Source: Patescibacteria group bacterium (GTDB lineage Bacteria > Patescibacteriota > Microgenomatia > Levybacterales > UBA12049). Taken from it: a stretch of DNA of 64,000 bases. The position numbers and the translations under genes were made by a program. Below the pieces are notes generated by a model. That model did not search any database. It saw nothing but the letters and a program-made list of their open reading frames with translations, and was not told the DNA's origin. Positions 12,467-22,419 of the stretch are shown piece after piece (position 1 is the first letter of the stretch; each line of letters starts with the position of its first letter). The stretch is taken from positions 401 through 64,400 of the forward strand of contig DASYZL010000022.1 in assembly GCA_035946335.1 (NCBI GenBank). The letters run 5' to 3'.

Positions 12467-13336
12467 TTGTACCGTATGAAACCTATCACCCTTCGCGATG
12501 CCCACAAGGAGTTCGCAAAGTTTTTGGAATCTAAGAAACGCTCAAGCGCTACTATTGTAGCATACAATAAAGACATCGATCAGCTCATCGAGCATTTACA
12601 AACGTTGTCAAAAACACAAGCTCACGAGTCAACAAAAGAAAACCTTGAATCATTTCTTGAGAAATTGAAAAATCAAGGCTATACGCCAAAGTCAATTTCG
12701 CGAAAGTTGAATTCAACACGTACGTTCTACCGGTTTTTGAAGATTAATGAATATATTACTGACGATCCATCTCTACTTGTTGCCCATCCTGAATATCAGC
12801 TCGCGGCACCACGAATTTTAACCTTAATGGAATATCGCGCACTCCGGGATGCCGCGAGAAATGATCCGCGGATGTTTGCCATTATTGAGTTATTACTGCA
12901 AACCGGTATGCGTATTGGTGAATTATCAGGACTTACCATGGATGATGTTAGACCCGAAGGGTTATATATTCGTCCGTTTGAAAAACATGAAGAGCGAATT
13001 ATTCCACTAAATCGGCCTGCACGGGAAGCACTTGAGCACTACTTGGAAACACGGCCGAATGTGAAAGAAACGCGTGTTTTTGTCACAAAATCAGGTCGGC
13101 CGTTTCTTATCAGAAATATTCGTACCGCTGTTGAGCGGTATTTTCAACTTGCGGAGATTAAAAATGCAAAAGTGAATGATTTGCGCCATACCTTTATTGC
13201 CCATCATTTAAAACATGGCGTTTCTTTGGTACTTTTATCAAAAATTGTTGGGCATAAAAGATTGTCTACAACAGAACGGTATCTGGAGTTTGTTCCGGAC
13301 CGGGCAAAGGAAAATACCAACCTCACGGAGCTATAA
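12467..13336 (+). CDS. Tyrosine recombinase, XerC/XerD-like
   Basis: N-terminal core-binding domain plus catalytic LLQTGMRIGEL, HDLRHTF and GH-x-x-L-x-TTERY; 289 aa. Confidence 0.85.
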   Translation: MYRMKPITLRDAHKEFAKFLESKKRSSATIVAYNKDIDQLIEHLQTLSKTQAHESTKENLESFLEKLKNQGYTPKSISRKLNSTRTFYRFLKINEYITDDPSLLVAHPEYQLAAPRILTLMEYRALRDAARNDPRMFAIIELLLQTGMRIGELSGLTMDDVRPEGLYIRPFEKHEERIIPLNRPAREALEHYLETRPNVKETRVFVTKSGRPFLIRNIRTAVERYFQLAEIKNAKVNDLRHTFIAHHLKHGVSLVLLSKIVGHKRLSTTERYLEFVPDRAKENTNLTEL

Positions 13337-13346
13337 TAAATTTCTG

Positions 13347-13419
13347 TGCGTCTGCTTGGATTCGAACCAAGGACATCTATCTTATAAGGATAGCGCTACT
13401 ACCGCTGAGCTACAGACGC
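13347..13419 (-). tRNA. tRNA-Ile (anticodon TAT)
   Basis: Manual fold: acceptor GCGTCTG/CAGACGC, anticodon stem CTATC/GATAG, loop CTTATAA (U33, UAU, A37), T-arm CTTGG-TTCGAAT-CCAAG; 10 nt after the recombinase stop. Confidence 0.7.
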
Positions 13420-13650
13420 GGATTTTAGTCTTCGTATTATATCAAAATTCTAGAAATAACTTTTTGAGTAATCACCGACAGCTTTGATAGCCATCAATAT
13501 TTTCTCCTTAATCACTGTATTAAACACACGTAAATTACATGTTCCATGACCAAAACCCTTATGATCTAAATCTATTTTTACTTTTTTATAAATGCGGAAG
13601 TGGAAAGAAATCAGGCTGGTTAAAAGCGAAAAGAAACCTATACATATAGT

Positions 13651-14235
13651 TTAGGCTTCTAAAAAGGGGGCTGTTGACTGCGCATTGTTTCTTGATAAAG
13701 CAACGATGCTATCTACTATTCCTATAGAAAGCGACTGATGTGCTCTTACTGTTACTCCTTCTGGATGCTGTTTATCAACCAGCAATACGTCTCCTACCGG
13801 CTGCCAATATTGTTTATTGACAATAGGAGCTGAATGACGGACAGCAAAAAAGTATCCTGGCCTTTGCGTGAATGACAAGACCCAAATCCCCCATTTATCT
13901 CTTTTATCTTTTGGTACCGGGAGTAGAGTAACTGACTCCTGCTGATTGTCTTGTCCTTTTAAGGTTACCACAACTCCAGGAAAAGAAAATACTTGATCTT
14001 TTGATACATCCATATCGTTAATTTGTTTCAGTATATCTAAGTCGAGTATCGCATCTTTTCTCCTCGTTTCGTAAGCTGCATAAAAGACAGGAATTTTTCC
14101 AGTAGGAGAATATGAATTGATAAATCTCCCAGACCAGTATCGCCTTTCCACAAAATTTTCATCATCATACACAGGTGACTGACCTAAGAGCGCTCTGAGT
14201 GCCTCATCATTCCTAATCTCCTCAACAGTAAGCAT
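13651..14235 (-). CDS. hypothetical protein
   Basis: 194-aa ORF with no recognisable motif, directly downstream of the coupling-ATPase gene. Confidence 0.4.
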   Translation of the reverse strand: MLTVEEIRNDEALRALLGQSPVYDDENFVERRYWSGRFINSYSPTGKIPVFYAAYETRRKDAILDLDILKQINDMDVSKDQVFSFPGVVVTLKGQDNQQESVTLLPVPKDKRDKWGIWVLSFTQRPGYFFAVRHSAPIVNKQYWQPVGDVLLVDKQHPEGVTVRAHQSLSIGIVDSIVALSRNNAQSTAPFLEA

Positions 14236-14276
14236 AGAGCGGGAATTATATCAAAATATATCAAATCTTGCAATCC

Positions 14277-16643
14277 CTATAGCTTCGCTCTGATCTGAAT
14301 TTCAGCTTCTACCTGACGAATATCTTTGGCGTATTTGAGACGTGACAATTCCTTGATAAGTTCAGCGACGCGTGGATTTTCCGCTGCTTTCTGCGCTGCC
14401 ATATCTTTCATGAGGTTAATGGAAAACGGTGGCACCGGTTCACCATTCACAATGGTTTTCATATATGCGTTGTACTTGTCGATATTAATAAGATCAGCCT
14501 CAGTAAATGTCGGCTGAAATTCATGCTGCAAATAATTTGCATCAGTAACACCAACGCGGAAGCTTACCAGTGTTCCGACATTACCAAACACCGCATTCTT
14601 CACTTCCTCCTGCATCTGCCCGGTAAACTGATTGGCAACTGTCAGATTAAGCTTATATTTTCGCGCCTCAGAAAGAATGACTGCAAAATCTGGCGTTGCA
14701 AAATTTTGAAACTCGTCAACGTAGAGATAGAAATCTTTTCGCTGGTCTTGCGAAATATTCTGCCTGCTCATTGCCGCAACCAGAATTTTTGGTATCAGAA
14801 TAAGTCCCAAAAAATTGGAGTTCTCTTCTCCGATTTTCCCTTTTGCCAGATTAATGAGGAGAATTTTTCGCTCATCCATAATTTGGCGGAAATCAAATGC
14901 GCTTTTTGATTGCCCTATGATGTTACGCATCAATTTATTGGTAACGAATCTGCCGAATTTTGAAACAATATAATCAAGTACTTCTGACTTATGAAAATCA
15001 TTTGTTTGTGCGATTTGATCTGTCCAATAGCGTTTAATAATCGGGTCGGTTATTTTTGGCAAAATTTGCTGGACAAAAGCTGAGTCTGTCAGGGCGCGTT
15101 GCACTTCAATGAACGTACTACCCGGCTCTGCCATAACTGTTAACATAGCGTTACGGATACCATGTTCGAGTCGAGGACCAACAATACCAGTTTGATTCGG
15201 GTCATATAATTTATAGAACAAACCGATGATTGATGAAACAATATAGTGTTTTTGCTCCTCAGTATAGGCTTCCATAATATTTAATCCCATCGGGCGTTGC
15301 GTGTCTGATGGATCAAACACAATAACGTCTTCTGCCCGTTCCGGTGGAACAAGGGGTAAAACCTCTTCGACTAAATCACCGTGCGGATCGACAACACAGA
15401 TACCCTCACCATTACAAATATCCTGTAAAACCATTTCTTTTAAGAATTCTGACTTTCCAGTACCGGTTTTTCCAATAATATACATGTGACGCCTCCTATC
15501 TTCGCGTTCAATGTATACAGGACGGGTAATGCCGCGAAAAACACTTTTGCCTAAATACAGTCCGGTTGTTGGAATTTGCGGCGGAGCAGGTGCTCGTTTA
15601 CTTGTGAGCCACACAACACCTGGCGTTGTCACACTTTTATTCGGAAAATGATAGAGTGTTGCAAGTTCCTCGCTACTCATGACATTGGTTTGCTTATACA
15701 TCGGTTGATAGCGATAGAGAAAATCTTTCATAAAGAATCCTTTGAAACGGATTTTATTTTTGCCCAGGTGATTAACCCCACCAAATGCTTCCAGAACATT
15801 AATAATATTTTCCAAGTGTGCTTTTGCCGCTTCCATGCTGCTTGATGAAACAACAATGCGAATAACAGTATTAAAACCAGGTTTGCCTACTTTTCCCTCT
15901 ATGGCTTCCAGCTCTTTTGCATCTACCGAATAAGAAGCTTTTTCAGGGTTTGATTCTTTCTTTTTTGTGCTGGAAAGGAAACTTTTCCCCTCTTTTTTCC
16001 ACTTACCTTCTGCGGGACTGATAATAATTTGTATCGCAGCACCTTCTCCTTCGCCCATTTTTGCTAGAACGGATGTCAAGACTGAAAGTCCGTCCAGCGG
16101 CATATCCTTAAACACCTTCATTGGTTTATATGCTGACTCTTTCAGGCGAAGACTGGCAAAAGCAACCTCTCCATCTTCTGAGAAAATATTGTACTCATTT
16201 CCAATGATATTCCTTTGTTTTGCATTACTTCCATCTACGATAATAATGTCTGCATCGGGGTATGCACCGTTAATTTGCTTTTCCAGTAGATCCCGCAGTT
16301 TATTAGGAACATATACATAAAAACAAATTTCTCCGGGACGTCCCACGATTTCAAAGGAAATGGATGTCTGGGGTTTGAGAAATGCAAATCTTCCACCCTT
16401 TCTCAATGATGAGAGCGAGGCAAATACCTGCTCCATTGCGTCAATTTTAATTTCATTCTCTCTGGGAAGCGTTATTTGCAGTAATGTTGAATTGAGTGAA
16501 ACCTCTTCCCTTTTCCTCCATTTATACCAGAGAAATAAAATATACCCCCCCCCATAAAAAAGTCCACTAATACATAGAAGGACAAAAAGAGAGAGAATGA
16601 TATATGCAAGTAGTTGCATCAGCATATCTGGTGATAACAGCAT
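14277..16643 (-). CDS. Type IV coupling protein-like ATPase (VirD4/TraD/TraG family), N-terminal membrane anchor
   Basis: Two N-terminal TM helices, Walker A IIGKTGTGKSEF, VVDPHGDL, Walker B LYVDEFQNF followed by LSEARKYKLNLTVANQ. Start set to the Met at 16643, which overlaps the upstream stop as TAATG. Confidence 0.7.
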   Translation of the reverse strand: MLLSPDMLMQLLAYIILSLFVLLCISGLFYGGGYILFLWYKWRKREEVSLNSTLLQITLPRENEIKIDAMEQVFASLSSLRKGGRFAFLKPQTSISFEIVGRPGEICFYVYVPNKLRDLLEKQINGAYPDADIIIVDGSNAKQRNIIGNEYNIFSEDGEVAFASLRLKESAYKPMKVFKDMPLDGLSVLTSVLAKMGEGEGAAIQIIISPAEGKWKKEGKSFLSSTKKKESNPEKASYSVDAKELEAIEGKVGKPGFNTVIRIVVSSSSMEAAKAHLENIINVLEAFGGVNHLGKNKIRFKGFFMKDFLYRYQPMYKQTNVMSSEELATLYHFPNKSVTTPGVVWLTSKRAPAPPQIPTTGLYLGKSVFRGITRPVYIEREDRRRHMYIIGKTGTGKSEFLKEMVLQDICNGEGICVVDPHGDLVEEVLPLVPPERAEDVIVFDPSDTQRPMGLNIMEAYTEEQKHYIVSSIIGLFYKLYDPNQTGIVGPRLEHGIRNAMLTVMAEPGSTFIEVQRALTDSAFVQQILPKITDPIIKRYWTDQIAQTNDFHKSEVLDYIVSKFGRFVTNKLMRNIIGQSKSAFDFRQIMDERKILLINLAKGKIGEENSNFLGLILIPKILVAAMSRQNISQDQRKDFYLYVDEFQNFATPDFAVILSEARKYKLNLTVANQFTGQMQEEVKNAVFGNVGTLVSFRVGVTDANYLQHEFQPTFTEADLINIDKYNAYMKTIVNGEPVPPFSINLMKDMAAQKAAENPRVAELIKELSRLKYAKDIRQVEAEIQIRAKL

Positions 16644-17095
16644 TACGTTTGTTTTCCTTTCTGCATAGCTTCCTTTTTTAACACTTTCCTGATGAGTGTC
16701 GCAAGCCATGTAACAGATTGTTTTATTGCCTTAGGTGTCTGTAATATGCTCTGCACTGTCTCGTCTGGCAGATTGATCAGAGTCGGATTTGTTGGCACAG
16801 GCGTTAGATCTTTTGTTGGCATTACTCCCGCTTGCTGAGCATCCTGCCTGATAACTTCCTGAATTGGTTGTGCTTCAACACCGGCAGCAGCAACTTCAGG
16901 AGATAAAACTATTTCCGACTGCGTTGCAAATTCATTGCCTGTTTTGACAATAAGCGGAGCATTTTCTTTAGCAGCCACAGGAACACTAACAGGTTGCCCT
17001 CTCAGTGATTGCGCTTGCTGTTGTACTGACGATTGCTGGAGAACAGATTGTGTATTTGGATCCATATTGTCATCATACCATGCTAAGGAAAGCAA
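16643..17095 (-). CDS. hypothetical Gln/Pro-rich protein
   Basis: 150 aa, low complexity, translationally coupled to the ATPase gene downstream. Confidence 0.4.
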   Translation of the reverse strand: MLSLAWYDDNMDPNTQSVLQQSSVQQQAQSLRGQPVSVPVAAKENAPLIVKTGNEFATQSEIVLSPEVAAAGVEAQPIQEVIRQDAQQAGVMPTKDLTPVPTNPTLINLPDETVQSILQTPKAIKQSVTWLATLIRKVLKKEAMQKGKQT

Positions 17096-17103
17096 ACAAA
17101 GTG

Positions 17104-17250
17104 TTAGTCATTCTTTTCCGGTTTCCACCCACACTGGGGACAAGCAGTAAGCTTTCCTTGCTGAATTTGCTGTACTTCCGTTTCTACTGCCACCCACTCA
17201 CACCGTTTGCAGGCAATACGAAAACACGTTGCACATGTTTTATCTTCCAT
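17104..17250 (-). CDS. Small zinc-ribbon protein (48 aa)
   Basis: Not in the ORF track (under 60 aa). Manual translation MEDKTCATCFRIACKRCEW...TACPQCGWKPEKND has two CxxC pairs and sits 2 bp and 8 bp from its neighbours. Confidence 0.35.
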   Translation of the reverse strand: MEDKTCATCFRIACKRCEWVAVETEVQQIQQGKLTACPQCGWKPEKND

Positions 17251-17252
17251 AA

Positions 17253-18644
17253 TTATGCCACCGGACGAACCCTTCCGCATGAAATCTTCTTACTTCCACA
17301 ACTACATTCGTATATCCACTCTCCTGCTCTTTTTATATGCATTTTCATACAATCAGGGCATTGCGCCAGTGTAGAACTGAAGATTTCTGACATCCCGAAC
17401 TGCCCGACTGTTCCTTGTACTAACGTCTCAACATTTGACGGTTGTTTCCAGGTAAATTGCGCAACCAAACCAGCGACATTCACTCCAACGTTTGGCGGGC
17501 ATCCTGTTCCTTCGACGGTTTTCACCGGCAAAGACCCTAACTGACGAACTATTGCGTACGTTGTCAATGCGTCAATTGCCTGTCCACGCCGGACAACATC
17601 GAGCAACTTATCCTCGCGGGGATGATCTGCAAAATGATCTGCCGCATTGAGAATTGCATTAAACGCAAACGCGAGTTCTGGCCAGTTAATTTTTTCAGTA
17701 TGCAATACTGCAAGATAATGAGAAAGAAGTTGCACTTGCGCATTGTCTCCTTCCAGTTTTGCAAAAATAGTTTCAAACTCCTGCATTGTCATACCTTTTT
17801 TACTAATCGCAAACGGTATCTCATTGACAACTATCGGATGGGATAAATACCATGCGTCAAGCGAGGTACGACCGTCATAACTTTCAAAAAAGTTTGGGTC
17901 AAGCGTCAGCGCGGTCATCGCATAATCGTGCTCAGTAAAATCAACAGCTACACGTCTTCTTTCAACACATTGTACGCCATTTTTTTCAATAACCTGGAAT
18001 GTATCACAGAATTTTCCATAGTATGCTGAATCTTGCTTATCACTTGGAGGAGAAAATGAGAGAATCATTTTTCCCTTCTTCCCGGGTTTTGTTTTTTTCA
18101 TTGCATTCACCAGTGTGTCATTAATATACTTCCATCCGGCTAATTCTGCTGCTTCGCGTTCCTGATCAGGAGAACCCTGTTGCTTGCGAATCATTGCACC
18201 ACGCAAAAGAATAGCTGACAAGGATTCTTTCATGTAATCATTTGCATACAATTCATCATTGTGATTAACCAATGTTCCTATGCTATCGATAACATGAAAT
18301 CGCTCCATAAGATTTGTTTTGAGATTCGTACGAATCCCACTATCAAGTTGCTTTAAACCCTCTCTATCGCCTTTTTTGCGAAGACGTTCAGTTTGGAATA
18401 CATCAGCAACTGGGTTATATGAACGCTGTAACAATTCTGTTGAGGAAGTTTTTCTGCCCAAAGCCATATCACAATCCTGCTGCAGAGTAAGGAATTCAAA
18501 AAAATCTTTTTGCTGCTCTAAAGGAATTGCAGCTGCGGCAGTAAAAACTGACATGCTATCTTTTTGTACGTTTCGTAAAGCTACTTCGTTGGTTGCGAGC
18601 ATAAAAAACTCCAATCTTTCGAAAGGAGTACACAAAAAATGCAC
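17253..18644 (-). CDS. hypothetical protein with C-terminal zinc ribbon
   Basis: 463 aa; C-terminus CPDCMKMH...YECSCGSKKISCG; no catalytic motif recognised. Confidence 0.45.
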   Translation of the reverse strand: MHFLCTPFERLEFFMLATNEVALRNVQKDSMSVFTAAAAIPLEQQKDFFEFLTLQQDCDMALGRKTSSTELLQRSYNPVADVFQTERLRKKGDREGLKQLDSGIRTNLKTNLMERFHVIDSIGTLVNHNDELYANDYMKESLSAILLRGAMIRKQQGSPDQEREAAELAGWKYINDTLVNAMKKTKPGKKGKMILSFSPPSDKQDSAYYGKFCDTFQVIEKNGVQCVERRRVAVDFTEHDYAMTALTLDPNFFESYDGRTSLDAWYLSHPIVVNEIPFAISKKGMTMQEFETIFAKLEGDNAQVQLLSHYLAVLHTEKINWPELAFAFNAILNAADHFADHPREDKLLDVVRRGQAIDALTTYAIVRQLGSLPVKTVEGTGCPPNVGVNVAGLVAQFTWKQPSNVETLVQGTVGQFGMSEIFSSTLAQCPDCMKMHIKRAGEWIYECSCGSKKISCGRVRPVA

Positions 18645-18733
18645 TTCTGCTCGGAAGATTTGATAACGGGGATCTGACTTATCAGCAAAACGCTGCTTTA
18701 CAGTTGCGGCACAGTGAAGGAATTACACCTTCT

Positions 18734-19288
18734 TCACCCGGAATGCCAAATTGTCTCTTGTTTCTTTTCTTTAAAATTAACGTATCTGCTCTGGGTAAAA
18801 AACAAATCAGACAAACGATTGAAGTATATCAGAATTGCCTTCTCTTTTTGTGTACTGTTAAGTCCGGCGAGTTTTCGTTCAACCCTTCGCGCAATGGTAC
18901 GCGTCATGTGCAAAAATGCTGCAACTTTATCACCACCGGGAAAAATAAAATTACGAAGACGCGGCATCTCCTCAGTCATAGTATCAATTTCTTTTTCAAA
19001 ATGGCTCACTTGCGTTAGCATATGCTGCACGAACGTTTTTGGAACTATTGCCTGCGGATTAGCTAACAAGGAGGCGATATGCAGTAAATCATCCTGAATG
19101 GCCCACAATACTTCCCGCAGTGCTTTTTCGTACTCCTTATCTCCTAAATGCGCAATAACAACACCTATTTGGCTGTTTAATTCATCTATTGTCCCATACG
19201 TATCAACACGCGGATTATTTTTGGCAACGCGCGTACCGTCAAAAAGTGACGTTTTTCCACTATCTCCCTTTTTTGTGTAAATTGGCAT
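18734..19288 (-). CDS. pduO: ATP:cob(I)alamin adenosyltransferase, PduO-type
   Basis: MPIYTKKGDSGKTSLFDGTRVAKNNPRVDTYGTIDELNS matches the PduO/MMAB N-terminal signature; 184 aa. Confidence 0.82.
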   Translation of the reverse strand: MPIYTKKGDSGKTSLFDGTRVAKNNPRVDTYGTIDELNSQIGVVIAHLGDKEYEKALREVLWAIQDDLLHIASLLANPQAIVPKTFVQHMLTQVSHFEKEIDTMTEEMPRLRNFIFPGGDKVAAFLHMTRTIARRVERKLAGLNSTQKEKAILIYFNRLSDLFFTQSRYVNFKEKKQETIWHSG

Positions 19289-19369
19289 AATTTTGTGATC
19301 TAGTTATAGTTGTTTTCGGTGAAATATACAAGCCTGAGAGCAAAAGAGGGATGAAAAACCTTCTTTCGA

Positions 19370-19485
19370 AAAGTTTTCCAAGATGACTGCCAACTTTTGC
19401 TCGAAAGCCTTGGGAAAAAGCAAAGAAACGGTTTTCTGGCTTTTACAGTTACGGCATAGCCACGGACTCACACCGTGATTGCCCT
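19370..19485 (-). promoter_or_regulatory. Cobalamin (B12) riboswitch-like element in the pduO 5' leader
   Basis: Minus-strand RNA ...GGGCAAUCACGGUGUGAGUCCGUGGCUAUGCCGUAACUGUAAAAGCCAGAAAACCG... matches the GGUG-AA-UCC...CGC-ACUGU core and a B12-box-like AGCCAG-AAACC segment. Confidence 0.55.
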
Positions 19486-19508
19486 ATTTCTTTGTTATTT
19501 TTTGATTG

Positions 19509-21944
19509 TTAACACTCGGAATAACCACAATTAAAACACTTTTTGCATCCTTCCTGATAGGCGAATGCGGAAACACCGCATTCAGGACAAATATCGTACA
19601 GGTTTGTGTCAGTTGACGAAAGCTGTAACTGCTGTTGTCCATTTGGGATTTCATCATGCACAACATGCGTTTCTACCGCTGCAGGAATAACACCGTTATC
19701 CATAACATCTTGTATCATTTTTTTGTCTTCAACTTTTCCGTTCACGGAAAAACTGAAATGTTGCGCTAGAATTTTTGCGACAGCATCTGGTAAACTTCGC
19801 ACACGGTTTACGCCGAATCCGATACTTCGTGACCCACCGATGCCGGTAAGCTGCGCAACAACCTGTCGTATTCTTTCCCGCGGTTGCAACATACCATTTA
19901 AACGAAGGTTAAGGGAAATCATCCGTCCCAATGCATCTGCCATTGCCGCAACATCGGACCCGCTTTTACCGATGGTAATAAAGACTTCAAACGGTTGCTT
20001 ATCATCAGTGTGATTGATCGTAATGAATGTTTTTCCAACTGGGGTTTCTGTTTGATATGTCGCGCCTTCAATGCGTTGTGGCCTGGCAACAACCGGCATA
20101 ATAGGCAACACTGGTTGTACTGCAATAACCGGCGTTTCTTTTTTCGCTTTTTTGTCTTCAACGCGCTCCAATACACCTTGACGACTACCATCACGCATAT
20201 ACGTCACACCTTTTAGTCCATAGTCGTACGCTGCCATATAGAGTGTTTTAACATCTTCAACTGTATGAGAATTCGGCGCGTTGACGGTTTTAGATATAGA
20301 CGAATCAATATATTCCTGCGCCACTGCCTGAACTTTGACGTGTTCCAAAGGTGTCAAATCATTTGCCGATACAAAATAGTTTGGTTTTTCTTTATCAGGA
20401 TGGGCTTTTTTCCACTGATCAAACAGCGGATGATAGACAATCTCTTCTCCTCCCCTCCATCGTCTGAGGAAGGAAAATTCGTACACCGGCTCAACTCCCG
20501 AGGAAACACCTGAAACAAGCGATGTTGTCCCTGTTGGTGCAATCGTGAGTAGAACGGCATTCCGTATTCCCTGTTTTGCTATTTTCTGTTGGATATTTTT
20601 AGGAAGATTTTGGATATGGTAACCTTTGAGGTATTTTGCTTTGTTAAATTTGGGGAATGACCCTTTTTCCGCTGCTATTTCAGTACTCGCTTCATATGCG
20701 TTATCACGAAGCGTCTGGAAGATTTTATGGATAACCGGTAGGGATGCTTCTGAACCATACGCTAAATGCATTTTAATCAGTGTGTCACCGAGTCCCATGA
20801 TCCCCAAACCGGTTCTTCTGATATCTTTTGCACATTTTTCGTTTTCTTTGAAGAAATAGTAGGTTTGGTCAATAACATTATCTAATAGCCGCATGGCAAC
20901 TTTGACATCCTTACCGAATGCCTCATAATCAAACCATCCTGCCTTTTCTTTTGGCAGATCTGCATCTCTGACATATGCTGAGAGATTCATGGCGCCTAAA
21001 TTACAGACTGCCCAAGCTGATAACGGCTGTTCCCCGCACGGATTTGTTGCAATCAATTTTTCAAAATAAAAGGTATTTGACCGTTTATTTGACCGCTCCA
21101 TGAAATGGAGTCCTGGCTCTGCAGAACGCCAGGCAGCAGTACAGATAAGATCCCACAGGTATCGCGCTTGCACTGTTTTATGGACTTTTACTTTTTTTCC
21201 AAGTGCTCTCCATTCATCGATTTCACCGTTCCATTTTTCATCGTACTCAGGATCATCAATGTCAGGATATACCAGATCCCAGTCTTTATCGTTTTTTACT
21301 GCTTCCATGAACGCATCTGAAATACACACAGATAAATTTGCACCGTTAATTTTAGAGAGATCTTCTTTAACAGTAATAAATTCCTCAACATCCGGATGCC
21401 AATCCCACAGCATAATCATCGTTGCTCCGCGCCTCGAGCCACCTTGCTGAACCACATCATGGGTAGCATATGAGAAAAGCCCTGCCCAGGTTACCGGCCC
21501 TGAGGAGGTTCCATTCACTTTATGCACCCGCGCGCCACGAGGTCTCAATGAAGAAAGGTTCAGTCCAACACCACCGCTTCGGGATTGTATTTCAACGAGT
21601 TGCTTAAGAGACTCCAAAATACCATCCCGTGAATCTTTTGGAGACGGAATAACAAAACAGTTAAAGTAGGTCACTTGATAATTTGTACCTGCTCCAGAGA
21701 GGATTCTCCCACCCGGCACAAATTTGAAGTCACTCATTACATCATAAAATGCCTTTTCCCACTTTTTCCTGACAATTTGTTTCTCGTTTTGTGAAATACC
21801 CCACGCAACGCGTTTCCATGTTTCTTCAGGCGTATGCTCGGTGAGTACCCCATCTGCTGCGCGCAGCGCATACCTATCGAGAAAAACTTTTTCCCGCAAG
21901 GTTCCCACAAAATCTGGTTGGCTTGTTTGCTTTGTTTTATCCAT
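19509..21944 (-). CDS. nrdJ: Adenosylcobalamin-dependent ribonucleotide reductase (class II)
   Basis: 811 aa; active-site TNPCGEQPL, PGGRILSGAG, and a C-terminal zinc ribbon CPECG...CKKCFNCGYSEC. Confidence 0.88.
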   Translation of the reverse strand: MDKTKQTSQPDFVGTLREKVFLDRYALRAADGVLTEHTPEETWKRVAWGISQNEKQIVRKKWEKAFYDVMSDFKFVPGGRILSGAGTNYQVTYFNCFVIPSPKDSRDGILESLKQLVEIQSRSGGVGLNLSSLRPRGARVHKVNGTSSGPVTWAGLFSYATHDVVQQGGSRRGATMIMLWDWHPDVEEFITVKEDLSKINGANLSVCISDAFMEAVKNDKDWDLVYPDIDDPEYDEKWNGEIDEWRALGKKVKVHKTVQARYLWDLICTAAWRSAEPGLHFMERSNKRSNTFYFEKLIATNPCGEQPLSAWAVCNLGAMNLSAYVRDADLPKEKAGWFDYEAFGKDVKVAMRLLDNVIDQTYYFFKENEKCAKDIRRTGLGIMGLGDTLIKMHLAYGSEASLPVIHKIFQTLRDNAYEASTEIAAEKGSFPKFNKAKYLKGYHIQNLPKNIQQKIAKQGIRNAVLLTIAPTGTTSLVSGVSSGVEPVYEFSFLRRWRGGEEIVYHPLFDQWKKAHPDKEKPNYFVSANDLTPLEHVKVQAVAQEYIDSSISKTVNAPNSHTVEDVKTLYMAAYDYGLKGVTYMRDGSRQGVLERVEDKKAKKETPVIAVQPVLPIMPVVARPQRIEGATYQTETPVGKTFITINHTDDKQPFEVFITIGKSGSDVAAMADALGRMISLNLRLNGMLQPRERIRQVVAQLTGIGGSRSIGFGVNRVRSLPDAVAKILAQHFSFSVNGKVEDKKMIQDVMDNGVIPAAVETHVVHDEIPNGQQQLQLSSTDTNLYDICPECGVSAFAYQEGCKKCFNCGYSEC

Positions 21945-21947
21945 ACG

Positions 21948-22412
21948 TTACTTTATTAATTTCTTTACTTCTTTCTCAAAATCTTCCACATCAACAAAGC
22001 GTTTGAAAACACTTGCAAAGCGGATGTATGCTACTTTGTCGAGTTTTTTCAATCGTTTTGCAACCATTTCACCTATCTCCTTGCTCTTCACTTCAACGCT
22101 ATCGCGACTTCTTAGTTCACGTTCTATGTCAGTCAACATTTTTTCAACTGTTTCAACGGAAATTTTTGTTTTCTCCGTTGAGGTAATCATGCCCCGTTTT
22201 AATTTTTCCCTGTTAAAGAGCTCTCGTCTACCATCTTTTTTCATGACATACAAATCAACATTTTCAATTCTTTCGTATGTCGTGAAGCGCTTACCGCAGG
22301 CGACGCAACTTCGCCGTCTCCTGATCGTCTCTAATTCTTCTTTGTCTCGTGTCTCAACAACTTCTGTTTGATGATTTCCGCAATATGGACACTTCATCGT
22401 TCCTTCACTCAT
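21948..22412 (-). CDS. nrdR: Transcriptional repressor NrdR
   Basis: MKCPYCG...VVETRDKEE...RRRRSCVACGKRFTTYERIE has the zinc ribbon and ATP-cone; the true start may be the Met at 22397. Confidence 0.88.
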   Translation of the reverse strand: MSEGTMKCPYCGNHQTEVVETRDKEELETIRRRRSCVACGKRFTTYERIENVDLYVMKKDGRRELFNREKLKRGMITSTEKTKISVETVEKMLTDIERELRSRDSVEVKSKEIGEMVAKRLKKLDKVAYIRFASVFKRFVDVEDFEKEVKKLIK

Positions 22413-22419
22413 GCCTGCT

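Noticed and set aside
12467-13419. Integrase plus tRNA as the boundary of a genomic island
   Set aside because: The recombinase has the length and two-domain layout of a housekeeping XerC/XerD, and I could not find a direct repeat of the tRNA 3' end. The island interpretation is kept only as a possibility within the T4CP finding.
19484-19666. 60-aa minus-strand ORF overlapping the riboswitch-like region and the nrdJ 3' end
   Set aside because: It overlaps a better-supported CDS and an RNA element and has no homology signal, so it is likely spurious.
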